IMG/VR virus record: IMGVR_UViG_3300029288_000063 | Span: 64,001-128,000 of that record | Length of the DNA: 64,000 nt | Origin: a virus | Taxonomy: Duplodnaviria > Caudoviricetes | Strand: one strand, 5' to 3' | In this document: positions 9,773-18,975 of the stretch, in pieces | Numbering within the stretch: the first letter of the stretch is position 1 | Layout of the letters: each line of letters opens with the position of its first letter | The notes under the pieces: model-generated | What the model was told of the DNA's origin: nothing | What the model saw: only the letters and a program-made list of their open reading frames with translations | Database searches by the model: none | Translations under genes and position numbers: made by a program

Positions 9773-11302
9773 ATGGAATCGGAAGAGAAAACTAGGTATA
9801 AGGCGATTTTTGATAGCCTGATGATGGGTGTTGTAATTATTGGTCAGGACTTTCGTATCGCCGCCTACAATGAACAAATGCGTGCTTGGTTTCCCGAAGT
9901 TCGTGTGGGGATGTTTTGCCACGATATTCTTGGTTGTGGCTCCGAGTGCAACGGCGTTGGTTGCTTGGTGCATCAAACCTTTATTGATGGGTGTCGTCAC
10001 GAAAAAAAGTTCCGGGTTGTCAAGGACGACGAAGAAATTAAGGTTTACAGGATGGTTGTGTATCCGATGCGTCAACCGAGTGGTGAACAAACTATTGCGG
10101 CTGCAATTAGGGTTGTTGAGGACGTCACGGAGTGTGCCAATCGTGAGGCGACGGATATTCAGACGCTTCAGTTGGCCGCCGTTGGTCAGTTAGCTGCCGG
10201 TATTGCGCATGAGTTCAACAATATAAACTCTGTAGTAAAGGGTCATCTTGAGTTGTTATACCAAGATGACTCGTTATCACAGAAGAATCGTGATCAGATA
10301 AAGGTTATGTTGGAGGTTGTTCGTCAGGGGATAGATATTACCAAGAACATGTTGATGTTTGCCCGTGACAGGAAGGGTCGTGCAACTGGTACGTTTATTG
10401 CTGATATTGTTCGTGACGTGCTCTCTATTATTAGTAACGACCTAAGGTCGGAGGGCGTTGAGGTTATTGTTGACCATCAACCGAACGTGCGCGTGTTGGT
10501 GAACGTGTCTCAGATGGGTCAGGTGATCATCAACTTGCTGCTTAACGCCCGGCACGCGCTTACAGGTAGGAACATAAAGCGATTGACGATTCGTTCGTGG
10601 TGCGACTCAAAATCGGCGTACATCTCTGTTGAAGATACAGGGTGCGGTATTGCTGAGAAGAATATCAAGAAACTGTTTAGCCCGTTTTTTACAACCAAGG
10701 GTGAACACGCCGAATCCGGTTCGCAGATGTCATATGTAAAGGGTACGGGGCTTGGGTTGTCGATTTGTCATACTATTGTCGAGAAACACCACTCCGGCAA
10801 GATTCTTGTGGAAAGCAAAGAGGGTGTTGGGTCAAAGTTTACGGTTGTTTTGCCGTTGTTTGAAGGTCCGGTTGAGATTAAAAAGAGCAGCACTGTAATG
10901 ATGAAAGCTCTTACTCCGGGTAATGGTGAAAGGGTCTTGGTTGTAGATGATGAGCCAAAGATTTCAAGTGTTATAAAAATGGTGTTGACGAATCAGGGAT
11001 ATTCCGTTGTATGTTGCTCTGATAGTTTAAAGGCTTTGAAGCTTTATAATGAGAAACCGTTTGACGTAGTTATTTCGGATATTAAGATGCCGGGTATTAG
11101 TGGTCTTGAGATGGCTGAATACCTGTATGAGATGAAACCGCGCCCGGTGACGATTCTTATGACTGGTGCCTTGCAGGATGAGGCGTCGGTGAAGCCTCCT
11201 AAAGCAGATGCCATGCTGACTAAACCATTTGCGTTTGAGGATATGCTGGCAATTATTAGTTTAGGTCTTTTTGGTCGTAAATCAGCAAAAGATATTGCCT
11301 AA
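9773..11302 (+). CDS. hybrid sensor histidine kinase (PAS-HisKA-HATPase-REC)
   Basis: AHEFNN, N box LLNA, DTGCG, FFTTK, GTGLGL, VVDDE, SDIKMP. Confidence 0.92.
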   Translation: MESEEKTRYKAIFDSLMMGVVIIGQDFRIAAYNEQMRAWFPEVRVGMFCHDILGCGSECNGVGCLVHQTFIDGCRHEKKFRVVKDDEEIKVYRMVVYPMRQPSGEQTIAAAIRVVEDVTECANREATDIQTLQLAAVGQLAAGIAHEFNNINSVVKGHLELLYQDDSLSQKNRDQIKVMLEVVRQGIDITKNMLMFARDRKGRATGTFIADIVRDVLSIISNDLRSEGVEVIVDHQPNVRVLVNVSQMGQVIINLLLNARHALTGRNIKRLTIRSWCDSKSAYISVEDTGCGIAEKNIKKLFSPFFTTKGEHAESGSQMSYVKGTGLGLSICHTIVEKHHSGKILVESKEGVGSKFTVVLPLFEGPVEIKKSSTVMMKALTPGNGERVLVVDDEPKISSVIKMVLTNQGYSVVCCSDSLKALKLYNEKPFDVVISDIKMPGISGLEMAEYLYEMKPRPVTILMTGALQDEASVKPPKADAMLTKPFAFEDMLAIISLGLFGRKSAKDIA

Positions 11303-11328
11303 GTCCTTTTGTTTTAGGAGTATTGATT

Positions 11329-11910
11329 ATGGATGTTTTAAATAGCTCAAAGATGGCTGCCGCAGAACTGCGAGATAACGCTGCAAAAATGTTGGCAGAG
11401 GCCAATCGTGAAATGAGAAAGTTGTTTCGGTCATCAAGGAAAATCCAACTTACCAGTCGTTCCGGCGTTATTTTGTTAGTTGATGATATGCCTCAGCAAA
11501 AAACCGTTCTCGAAAACATGGTAACGCGTTATGCGTTACATATGGAAGTTAAAAATGTTGCAACGGCACGTGAGGCTCGTGCTTATATTGATTCCGAACA
11601 TAACAACATCCGATTGGTTGTTATAGATATCATGTTAGTTGGTTCTGCGGCGCATCCGGATGGGTCGCTGACAGAAGATGGTCTTTCTCTTGTGGATTGG
11701 TTGAAATTAAGATGTCCAGACCTTCCGTTTATTATTACAACGGGTCATGCGGAGCGTGCAGAAGAAGCGACTATAAGGTTTCCGGGTGTTGATGTTTTGC
11801 TAAAGGGTCAGACTGACATTGAGGAATACGCTGATGCTATTGGCTTGGCAGATTTGCCAAACTGTTGTTCCGGTATTGTTATTCCGCCGGATGATTCTGA
11901 AAATAGTTAG
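11329..11910 (+). CDS. response regulator receiver protein
   Basis: LLVDD, VIDIML, DGL, ITTG, K. Confidence 0.8.
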   Translation: MDVLNSSKMAAAELRDNAAKMLAEANREMRKLFRSSRKIQLTSRSGVILLVDDMPQQKTVLENMVTRYALHMEVKNVATAREARAYIDSEHNNIRLVVIDIMLVGSAAHPDGSLTEDGLSLVDWLKLRCPDLPFIITTGHAERAEEATIRFPGVDVLLKGQTDIEEYADAIGLADLPNCCSGIVIPPDDSENS

Positions 11911-11954
11911 TTTTTTGTCGTCCTCGTCGGTATATTATCACAGAGGACGAATTT

Positions 11955-12266
11955 ATGACTGAACGAAACTGTTCGCAAGATTGGGTAAATGTTCGTGGTT
12001 TTGAGTTCACGCACGAAGAGGCGCGTGACGCGGCCGACTTTAATGACGTGGTTTCATTCTTCTGTGTCCAACCGGAAATGTTGATTGATTTTGTAAATGA
12101 CCAAAAACTTTTGGTCGGTCACCGATTATATTTAGTAGAGAATCTCCCTGTTGATGACCTTGGTCCGGTCTTGATGGGTGAGGGTGATGACCGTGTTTGT
12201 GCTATAGCCAAAATTCGTTGTGATGAGGCGAATCGTGGTGATGGTGTGCTGTGGTTGCCGGAATGA
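11955..12266 (+). CDS. hypothetical protein
   Basis: GAGG SD and ORF. Confidence 0.55.
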   Translation: MTERNCSQDWVNVRGFEFTHEEARDAADFNDVVSFFCVQPEMLIDFVNDQKLLVGHRLYLVENLPVDDLGPVLMGEGDDRVCAIAKIRCDEANRGDGVLWLPE

Positions 12267-12300
12267 CATTTCCGAAAAGATGAATGGGGTTGTGATGGCG

Positions 12301-13518
12301 ATGAATGTGTCGGTAGAAAAAGCGATAATGATGTCGTCCGTCGAGTTGATTCGCAACAAGATGTTTTATGGACACATCGTTCAACAGTTGAGTAAGACCT
12401 ATATTGACGAAAGTGGACCTGTCCCAACCATCGGTGTTGGTAAGCGTAAAGGGGACCTGCTGGTTCGCCTTTTTGTGAACCCGAAGTTCATAGAGGGTCT
12501 TTTTGAAGACTCTGAAAAAAACCACAAGGGTTCCGCGAAGGCTTGGTGTTGGCTTGCTTCGTTGATGGAGCACGAGATTCTTCACATCGTGTTTGAGCAT
12601 TTGTCTATGGTTTTTGCCGACAAGATGCGTGGTGCCGTCGCAGTTGATCTTGCTGTTAATTCGTGTATTCCGAGGGAAAATCTTCCGCCGCATGGGTGTT
12701 TTGCCGAGGACTATGGGTTTGAACCCCACAAGTCTGCGTTGTGGTACTACCAGAACCTTCGGGATAACGAGAGGTTTCAATCGCAATGTAAGAACGGTGA
12801 CTTCGGTGCCGATGGTGCCCTCGGGGATTCTATTAAGTCTCACGAAGCGTGGGAAGCCGCGAAGTCTGATCCGGTATTTCAGGAGTTTGTAAAAGATATC
12901 GTCAGGAAAGCGAAAGACCTGTGTCAAGGTAAAGATTATGGTCGTATTCCCCAAGAGGTTATTGACCAGATTGACAGCATGCTTGAAAAGAAGCCTCAGA
13001 TTGTCCCGTGGCAGCGCATCCTTCGAAACTTCGTGTCGTCTGCTACCGAGTCTAACCTCGACTATACGATGAAACGCATCAGTAAACGTTTTGGCACGCG
13101 TCCCGGCATTCGCAAAGAGGACGTGTTGTCGATTGCTGTTGCGGTTGACACGAGCGGTTCAATATCGCAAGAACAGTTGGAGGTTTTCTTCAACGAGATT
13201 CGGTGGGTGTGGAAGAACGGTGCCATTATTACGATATACGAGGCGGATGCCGATATTGCGGCTGTGTATCCCTACAAGGGGAAATTCAGTGGTCAGGTGC
13301 ATGGTCGTGGTGGTACAGATTTGAATCCAGTTTTGCGTGAGGTTGAGGGGAAGTATGACGCGTTGATATACTTCACCGATTTCTATGCGCCGCAACTTGA
13401 GCGGCGTTTTAGAATTCCGACGTTGTGGGTGCTGCATTCTGAGATAGACCCGTCGGATTACCCGGCGGATTGGGGTCGCTATGTTCGTATAGAATCCGGT
13501 GTTGCAGAATCCGGTTGA
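12301..13518 (+). CDS. DUF2201-type metallopeptidase + vWA protein (start uncertain)
   Basis: HEILH, DLAVN, VDTSGS, GRGGTD, YFTD. Confidence 0.85.
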   Translation: MNVSVEKAIMMSSVELIRNKMFYGHIVQQLSKTYIDESGPVPTIGVGKRKGDLLVRLFVNPKFIEGLFEDSEKNHKGSAKAWCWLASLMEHEILHIVFEHLSMVFADKMRGAVAVDLAVNSCIPRENLPPHGCFAEDYGFEPHKSALWYYQNLRDNERFQSQCKNGDFGADGALGDSIKSHEAWEAAKSDPVFQEFVKDIVRKAKDLCQGKDYGRIPQEVIDQIDSMLEKKPQIVPWQRILRNFVSSATESNLDYTMKRISKRFGTRPGIRKEDVLSIAVAVDTSGSISQEQLEVFFNEIRWVWKNGAIITIYEADADIAAVYPYKGKFSGQVHGRGGTDLNPVLREVEGKYDALIYFTDFYAPQLERRFRIPTLWVLHSEIDPSDYPADWGRYVRIESGVAESG

Positions 13519-13547
13519 CGCGTATAATAGTTGGTCTGGAGGAAAAC

Positions 13548-13832
13548 ATGAAGTCGATTTTGATTACGGATGCTGTCGGTCGTGAACGTCATGTTGGTGA
13601 AGAGTTCGATGATTTTTTGCAGATTGATGGAGTGCCTGACGCGGAGTCTATCGACCTGTGGGCGGACAGGATTCGCCAGCACATACGGAAGCTGTGGAAT
13701 GAGGATGCCTCTACAAACAAGGAGGTAACTGTTGTTTTGGATGCTCCTATCCACTATCGTATTGTGGTTGACCACCTGCAAACCACGATGTTACGTGAAG
13801 AGAAGATCAAGTTTCTGTTGACTGGTATGTAA
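13548..13832 (+). CDS. hypothetical protein
   Basis: GGAGG SD. Confidence 0.6.
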   Translation: MKSILITDAVGRERHVGEEFDDFLQIDGVPDAESIDLWADRIRQHIRKLWNEDASTNKEVTVVLDAPIHYRIVVDHLQTTMLREEKIKFLLTGM

Positions 13833-13855
13833 TTTTTTTGTTTGGAGGGAAAATA

Positions 13856-14449
13856 ATGCCGAAGTTTACTGATTGCCACACCTCGACTGACGTATCTGAC
13901 ATCATGGAGGATATTATTGACAAGTTCCCAAGGGTGTTTCCGGGGTTCGATTTGAACCAGATTGGAATTATCCATTCCAACGGTAAGAAGTCGAAGAAAA
14001 ACCCCCTGAAGATTCGTTCTGTCCGTTATCCGTACGATGTGTGGATGAGTAAGGTTTACATTATCGAAGTTGCGGATGAAACGTGGTCTGAAATGTGTGA
14101 CAAAAAGAAGCACTTGTCGGTTTTTCACACCATGTGTGCTATGCCCGAGGGTGCGTTTGATGCTCAATCGGATAATTACGCCAAGATTCGGAAGCCGGAT
14201 TATGAGATGTATGCCGAGGAATTTGCGGTGACTGGTGGCATTCCAAACTGGATGGACAATGACGAAGCTCGCGACCCGATGGAGGTCAATGGTTCGGTTG
14301 TTGGAGGTGAGGAAAAAGACGAAAAGAAGGGCTTGAAGAAAGCGACAAAGCGTGTTCCCGTCACTGCGGAATCTCTTGTTTCTTCGGAAGAGGAAGAGGC
14401 TGAAGCTGAGGATGGAGATAAGGCTGTAGACAATTCAGATGAGGACTAA
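13856..14449 (+). CDS. phage metallopeptidase-like protein with degenerate HExxH
   Basis: YIIEV..TW...KK..VFHTMCAM..KPDYE; acidic tail. Confidence 0.5.
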   Translation: MPKFTDCHTSTDVSDIMEDIIDKFPRVFPGFDLNQIGIIHSNGKKSKKNPLKIRSVRYPYDVWMSKVYIIEVADETWSEMCDKKKHLSVFHTMCAMPEGAFDAQSDNYAKIRKPDYEMYAEEFAVTGGIPNWMDNDEARDPMEVNGSVVGGEEKDEKKGLKKATKRVPVTAESLVSSEEEEAEAEDGDKAVDNSDED

Positions 14450-14452
14450 CTG

Positions 14453-15100
14453 TTGAGTGGGTTCCCTCCTTATATTCAGAAAATCATCGGTCTGGACAAG
14501 AAGAAACGGCGGGCGAGTAATCTTTTCGCCCGCCGTGTTCGTGGCTCTTATGAGCGTCACGATAGGTTTACCAGAAAAGATTTAGTTGATTTTTTACGTG
14601 ACAACGGCATCTTTTCGACGTATAAATTAAAACAGGTATGGAAGCCCGGCAATCCTAAAGTATATAACTATTACAAGGAGTTCGGGTCGTGGGATAATGT
14701 TCGACTCGAAGTATGGGGTGATCTTGATGTTATTGGTGCTGGTCATTTGGATGACCCTGAATACCATATACGTGTTGTTAGGGATTGGGGACTATACTCT
14801 GCACGGGCATATAGGGCTGCCCGTGCCAAGTCTCCCGCTGTTATACCGTCCATGCGAAAGATATTGACTCATTGGGGTTATTTTTCCAACCTTATAGACG
14901 CATCTATAAGGACATCAACAAAAGGACAAGTTACTGCCCTGATAATGCTCTCTAACAAGATTGGTTGTATTCCAAGCGCAAAAGATTGTCGGGATGCGTT
15001 TATTGATTTGGATTTGATTTTGGAACAGTTTGGCTCTCGGGCTGCTCTTAAAAATTTCCTCGCTTTTGTTAGCTTAAACAAGCAGAGGGGCAAAAAATGA
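14453..15100 (+). CDS. protein with FGSW-type repeats (homing endonuclease-associated repeat-like)
   Basis: YKEFGSW, HWGYFS, QFGSR repeats. Confidence 0.45.
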   Translation: MSGFPPYIQKIIGLDKKKRRASNLFARRVRGSYERHDRFTRKDLVDFLRDNGIFSTYKLKQVWKPGNPKVYNYYKEFGSWDNVRLEVWGDLDVIGAGHLDDPEYHIRVVRDWGLYSARAYRAARAKSPAVIPSMRKILTHWGYFSNLIDASIRTSTKGQVTALIMLSNKIGCIPSAKDCRDAFIDLDLILEQFGSRAALKNFLAFVSLNKQRGKK

Positions 15101-15546
15101 GAACGGAAGAAGACGTTCTTCAGCGTTTTCGTGACGCGTATGACAAGGTGCTCCGCGAGAGACGCGAGAAGTTCTTATCGACAAGTTTTATGAACTGTCG
15201 ATTTAACGTGCGGCATCGTCTGAAGAAGCATGGCATGGTTGGTTTTTGTCAGAACTCTATTGTAACCGCGAAAGCCCGACACGGTGCCGCCATTTGCAAC
15301 GATGACTGTGTTGCGGCGGAATGCAGCATGTTTGAGTGTCGGCATTCGGAGGAATCTGTGCGGGAAGACCTGAATAACGTAATGAAGAATCCGAATCAAT
15401 GTGGGCAGGAATACCCGAAACTTGCGGTACTTTTGTGGTTTTTGCAGAAGGACAATCCCGGCTCGTCGCGAATGTCCCGTGCCTTTGGTTGTTTGGCGGA
15501 TGCTGTGAACTCATTTTGGGCTTTTGTTACATTGAGGTGGTGGTGA
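15097..15546 (+). CDS. Cys-rich hypothetical protein
   Basis: Translationally coupled ORF. Confidence 0.6.
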   Translation: MRTEEDVLQRFRDAYDKVLRERREKFLSTSFMNCRFNVRHRLKKHGMVGFCQNSIVTAKARHGAAICNDDCVAAECSMFECRHSEESVREDLNNVMKNPNQCGQEYPKLAVLLWFLQKDNPGSSRMSRAFGCLADAVNSFWAFVTLRWW

Positions 15547-16223
15547 TGGGTAGGTGGATTTGTGCCCATGTTGATTCGAAACTCATGAAGCGCGGGAACG
15601 CCCCGAAGCTTATTCGTGCTGATTTGGAAAAAATTTTTGGTCAAGACCTTCACGGGATTGTTGTTGTTGGCGGCAACCTAACACCCGATTATTTTGAGTC
15701 CGGCATAGAAGATTATGTTTTTGTAAAATGTTCTAATTATTTTGATCATATTGCGGGTTTAAGGCGAAGCAAAACGATTACGGGTGTTCTTGAAGACTTT
15801 GATCATCCAAATTTTTGTGACGAGGCGGAAATAGAAAAGTTTGCCCGATCTGTCGGGCCAATCGAGAGAGATTTCCAGTACGGAGATGTTGTTCTTGTCC
15901 GTGAGGGATATCTCAAGGGTTTGCGTGGTGTGGTTGTTCGGTTGGCTCGTCGGGGATTTTTCCAAGTCTTTTTCCGCTTGTATACCCGTTCGTTCATGGA
16001 AGTCCTGAACGCATCAAACCTTGTGTTTGAGTTGAACATCGTTGATAAGTTCAGGTTTCCGGTTACGGTAAAGGCGAAGAAAGTCTTGTCAACTGGGGAG
16101 ATCATCTTTCCAGAGGGTTCTATCAGTCCTGATGTAGCCAATCTTCTTTCTCGCGAAGCGGGGGTTTCTTATGAAGATTCGCTATGTCGGAGACGGAATA
16201 GAAAACGTCGCGTCAGAGAGTGA
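15546..16223 (+). CDS. NusG-family antitermination factor
   Basis: NGN-like DYVFV and KOW FQYGDVVLVREGYLKGLRGVV. Confidence 0.75.
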   Translation: MGRWICAHVDSKLMKRGNAPKLIRADLEKIFGQDLHGIVVVGGNLTPDYFESGIEDYVFVKCSNYFDHIAGLRRSKTITGVLEDFDHPNFCDEAEIEKFARSVGPIERDFQYGDVVLVREGYLKGLRGVVVRLARRGFFQVFFRLYTRSFMEVLNASNLVFELNIVDKFRFPVTVKAKKVLSTGEIIFPEGSISPDVANLLSREAGVSYEDSLCRRRNRKRRVRE

Positions 16224-16734
16224 TCGCGACGTTCGATTCGTACTGTCCCAAGAAGACATCAAAACGTTTGGCTCCGTTTTCGATTTTTTGAACGAAAAGG
16301 ACAGAGACATTTTGTATCTTATTTTCCTGTCCGGAAAATCGCAAAGTGCTGTCCAGAGGATACTTAACAGAAGCCAACCATCGTTGTGTTATGATATTCG
16401 TCGCATCAAAGAACGCTTGCGTTTTATTTGCTATCTGCATTCCGTATTCGATCTATTCGTAGAATTCCTCGAAAAACAATCCTCTCAGTATGAGATAGAA
16501 CTCATCGAAGTGTTGGTTTTGATGTTCTATACGACCTCCTATACTCATGCCGCTCGTGTTACAGGGCAAGAATACCTCAAGATTCGTTATCGCTTTGATA
16601 AAGCTATTCGTGAGTTGGAGCTTCAAAAGCAATGGGAAATATATGAGATTTTTGCGGCTATTCGTGAAAACTTGAACATTGTTAGGCGTTTTTGTCGGAC
16701 TCCGAAGGCCGTTCGTGAAGGTGCATGTTTGTGA
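16171..16734 (+). CDS. sigma70 region-4-like HTH protein
   Basis: LNEKDRDILYLIFLSGKSQSAVQRILNRSQPSL, followed by a second similar repeat. Confidence 0.6.
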   Translation: MKIRYVGDGIENVASESDRDVRFVLSQEDIKTFGSVFDFLNEKDRDILYLIFLSGKSQSAVQRILNRSQPSLCYDIRRIKERLRFICYLHSVFDLFVEFLEKQSSQYEIELIEVLVLMFYTTSYTHAARVTGQEYLKIRYRFDKAIRELELQKQWEIYEIFAAIRENLNIVRRFCRTPKAVREGACL

Positions 16735-16801
16735 TTTGTATATATTTTTTTTATTTACAATATCTCAATAGGACTTATAGTTTTTTCAAAAGGAGGAGTT
16801 T

Positions 16802-17056
16802 ATGGACATCTTTGACAAGTTTGAGTGGCATAGCTCGTGTCCTGTAGATAGTATCTTGGGTGTTTCACGTAAGGTTATACGTCGAATGGCGAACAACTCT
16901 GTCAATCGTTTGGCGTTTTATTCCGCCGGTGAACAATTTCTGATTCACAAGTCAAAACGAGCGCTTTGGAAAGTTTCAGAAGATGGTGTGTCAATTGAGC
17001 CAGTTTTTGCGTCTGATGTGTTGGATGAGTCCGACCTTGAAGGGGGCAAGTCATGA
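16802..17056 (+). CDS. hypothetical protein
   Basis: AGGAGG SD; first gene of the head operon. Confidence 0.65.
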   Translation: MDIFDKFEWHSSCPVDSILGVSRKVIRRMANNSVNRLAFYSAGEQFLIHKSKRALWKVSEDGVSIEPVFASDVLDESDLEGGKS

Positions 17057-18366
17057 ATTTGGACAAGATGTTAACGTCTGCCGTTCAAGACCTCTCTTGG
17101 CTGGAAGAGCCGGAAACTTATGATGTTTCCAAGCATCACAAAAAGAACGATATGCTTCGTGAGTTGGATCTTCAGTGGGGTAATGGTGCGACGAACCTTG
17201 CTGACGAACCGATTGATGTCGTGTCGCCGCGAGTTGTTGAGGATGAGTCACAGTTTGTTGTGTCGTCTGCCCGCAAGCTGATTGCGTCCGGTCGTTCGGG
17301 TTCTGATGTTGTTGCGTGCTTGCAGAAGAAATATGGTTCGAAGACTATCGAAGGGATGATTCCGAGTCTACGGGAAGCATTTGAACTTGACGGTGTCGCT
17401 GGTTGCTTCGCTGTGGATTGCGAAGGATTCGCGAATTGTCGTGAAGCTTTGCGTCACGCAAAGAAATCTCCGTTCGCTAGATTTATAGCCTTTGTTGTCA
17501 ATCATGACGAAGAGAAGGTGTGTCATCGTATTGGAAGGAAGACGACTGCTTCCGGTGGTGGCTCTGTTGATGGGTTGTTGTCTGATGAACGTCTGGTTGT
17601 TGGTTCCGACCGTGCGTATTGTCGCGAGCTTGGTTTGCCTGTACTGTCGTATGACGGTGTTGCCCCTGAGTTTGTCGACAAGACGGTTATAGACCTGTTG
17701 ACTCTTGGTCAGATTTCGGAAGATGACGCGGAATCTATTCGTTCGATGGAAGCATCATCGTTTGTGAAGCTTCGTGAGGCGTTCCGTGTTGCATCTCGCA
17801 ACATGAAGAAGTCGGGAAAGAAGTATTCTGGAAAAGTTGATGTGTCTGAATACAAGGTCAGTTCTGATTTGTCGTTTGACCTTAACGCCACCACAGATAT
17901 GAAGGCGCTTGAGGTTGATGATAGTGGTGGGGCGTTTGGGTTGTCTGTAGATGTTAACGACGAAGTTGGATTTGTTGCACAGGATGTTGATCGTGGTGTC
18001 AAGAAGGTATCAGATTTCGATGTTGACAAAGAGGTGTTCGACATTCCTATGGAGGATATGCATGGTATCCGTCCTCGTGTCGAATCTATAGATGTTGATT
18101 CTGTTGACTCTGTTGATGTTGATGCTGAAATTCCGTTGCTGTTTGATGTGCCTGTTAACAATGAGAGCGTTTTCACGAATCTGGATGTTGACGAGCGTGG
18201 AGTATCGCCAGAGGTTGATGTTGACGATGAGTTTGTTGGAATAGAAATAGACCCGTCAACGTTTGTTGAAGACGAGTTTGTTGGTTCTGATGAATTCGAG
18301 TTGATGCCGATTGCTCGTCGTGCTCGTAGGCTTGATGTTGATGGTCGTTCTGATTTCTCGTTCTGA
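17053..18366 (+). CDS. hypothetical protein with acidic (L/V)DVD-repeat C-terminus
   Basis: Long coupled ORF. Confidence 0.7.
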   Translation: MNLDKMLTSAVQDLSWLEEPETYDVSKHHKKNDMLRELDLQWGNGATNLADEPIDVVSPRVVEDESQFVVSSARKLIASGRSGSDVVACLQKKYGSKTIEGMIPSLREAFELDGVAGCFAVDCEGFANCREALRHAKKSPFARFIAFVVNHDEEKVCHRIGRKTTASGGGSVDGLLSDERLVVGSDRAYCRELGLPVLSYDGVAPEFVDKTVIDLLTLGQISEDDAESIRSMEASSFVKLREAFRVASRNMKKSGKKYSGKVDVSEYKVSSDLSFDLNATTDMKALEVDDSGGAFGLSVDVNDEVGFVAQDVDRGVKKVSDFDVDKEVFDIPMEDMHGIRPRVESIDVDSVDSVDVDAEIPLLFDVPVNNESVFTNLDVDERGVSPEVDVDDEFVGIEIDPSTFVEDEFVGSDEFELMPIARRARRLDVDGRSDFSF

Positions 18367-18378
18367 AACGAGGGTAAT

Positions 18379-18975
18379 ATGAGTGGTGAATTTTCAGTAG
18401 CAGATAAAGATGGAGATGTGAGTCTGCCGACCGTTGTCTCACAGTCTTCTGATTTGTCTCAGGTAGACAATGTTGAAGGTGTCATGAAGTTTCGTTCCGA
18501 ATTGGTGAAGAGTTACCATCAAGGCGCGGTTTCTCTTTTGGATCGAATGGAGCGGAACGGGTGCAATAGTACCGAGCAGTTGGTTATGGAGATGATTCGC
18601 GAGGTTATCCGTGAGACTGATAACCTTTTAGGCAACCAACTTATTGCAACTCAAAATGGCAACCTTCGTGATGCATCTATTATATCCAGTAAGCGTGCTG
18701 AGGTTTTTCAGTCTGCTATTAAAGCGATGCAAACGAAACAGGCGATGGAGAAGGACGGAAGTATAGGCCTAGATGTAAATTCTCCTTCCATGACTGTTGT
18801 TTTTCGATTTTTCATGTCGAAAGTCCGTTCTATACTTATGAGCATGAATTTTGATTCGGAACTTTCTGATACCTTTTTTCGCATGTTCAAAGACGTGATG
18901 AAAGATTGGCGAAAAGAGCTGACTGCCGAAATTGCGGCTAATTCTGGCGGTGTAAATATTCAAGGGGAATTATAA
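18379..18975 (+). CDS. candidate terminase small subunit
   Basis: Helical 198 aa ORF coupled directly to terL; positional inference. Confidence 0.4.
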   Translation: MSGEFSVADKDGDVSLPTVVSQSSDLSQVDNVEGVMKFRSELVKSYHQGAVSLLDRMERNGCNSTEQLVMEMIREVIRETDNLLGNQLIATQNGNLRDASIISSKRAEVFQSAIKAMQTKQAMEKDGSIGLDVNSPSMTVVFRFFMSKVRSILMSMNFDSELSDTFFRMFKDVMKDWRKELTAEIAANSGGVNIQGEL

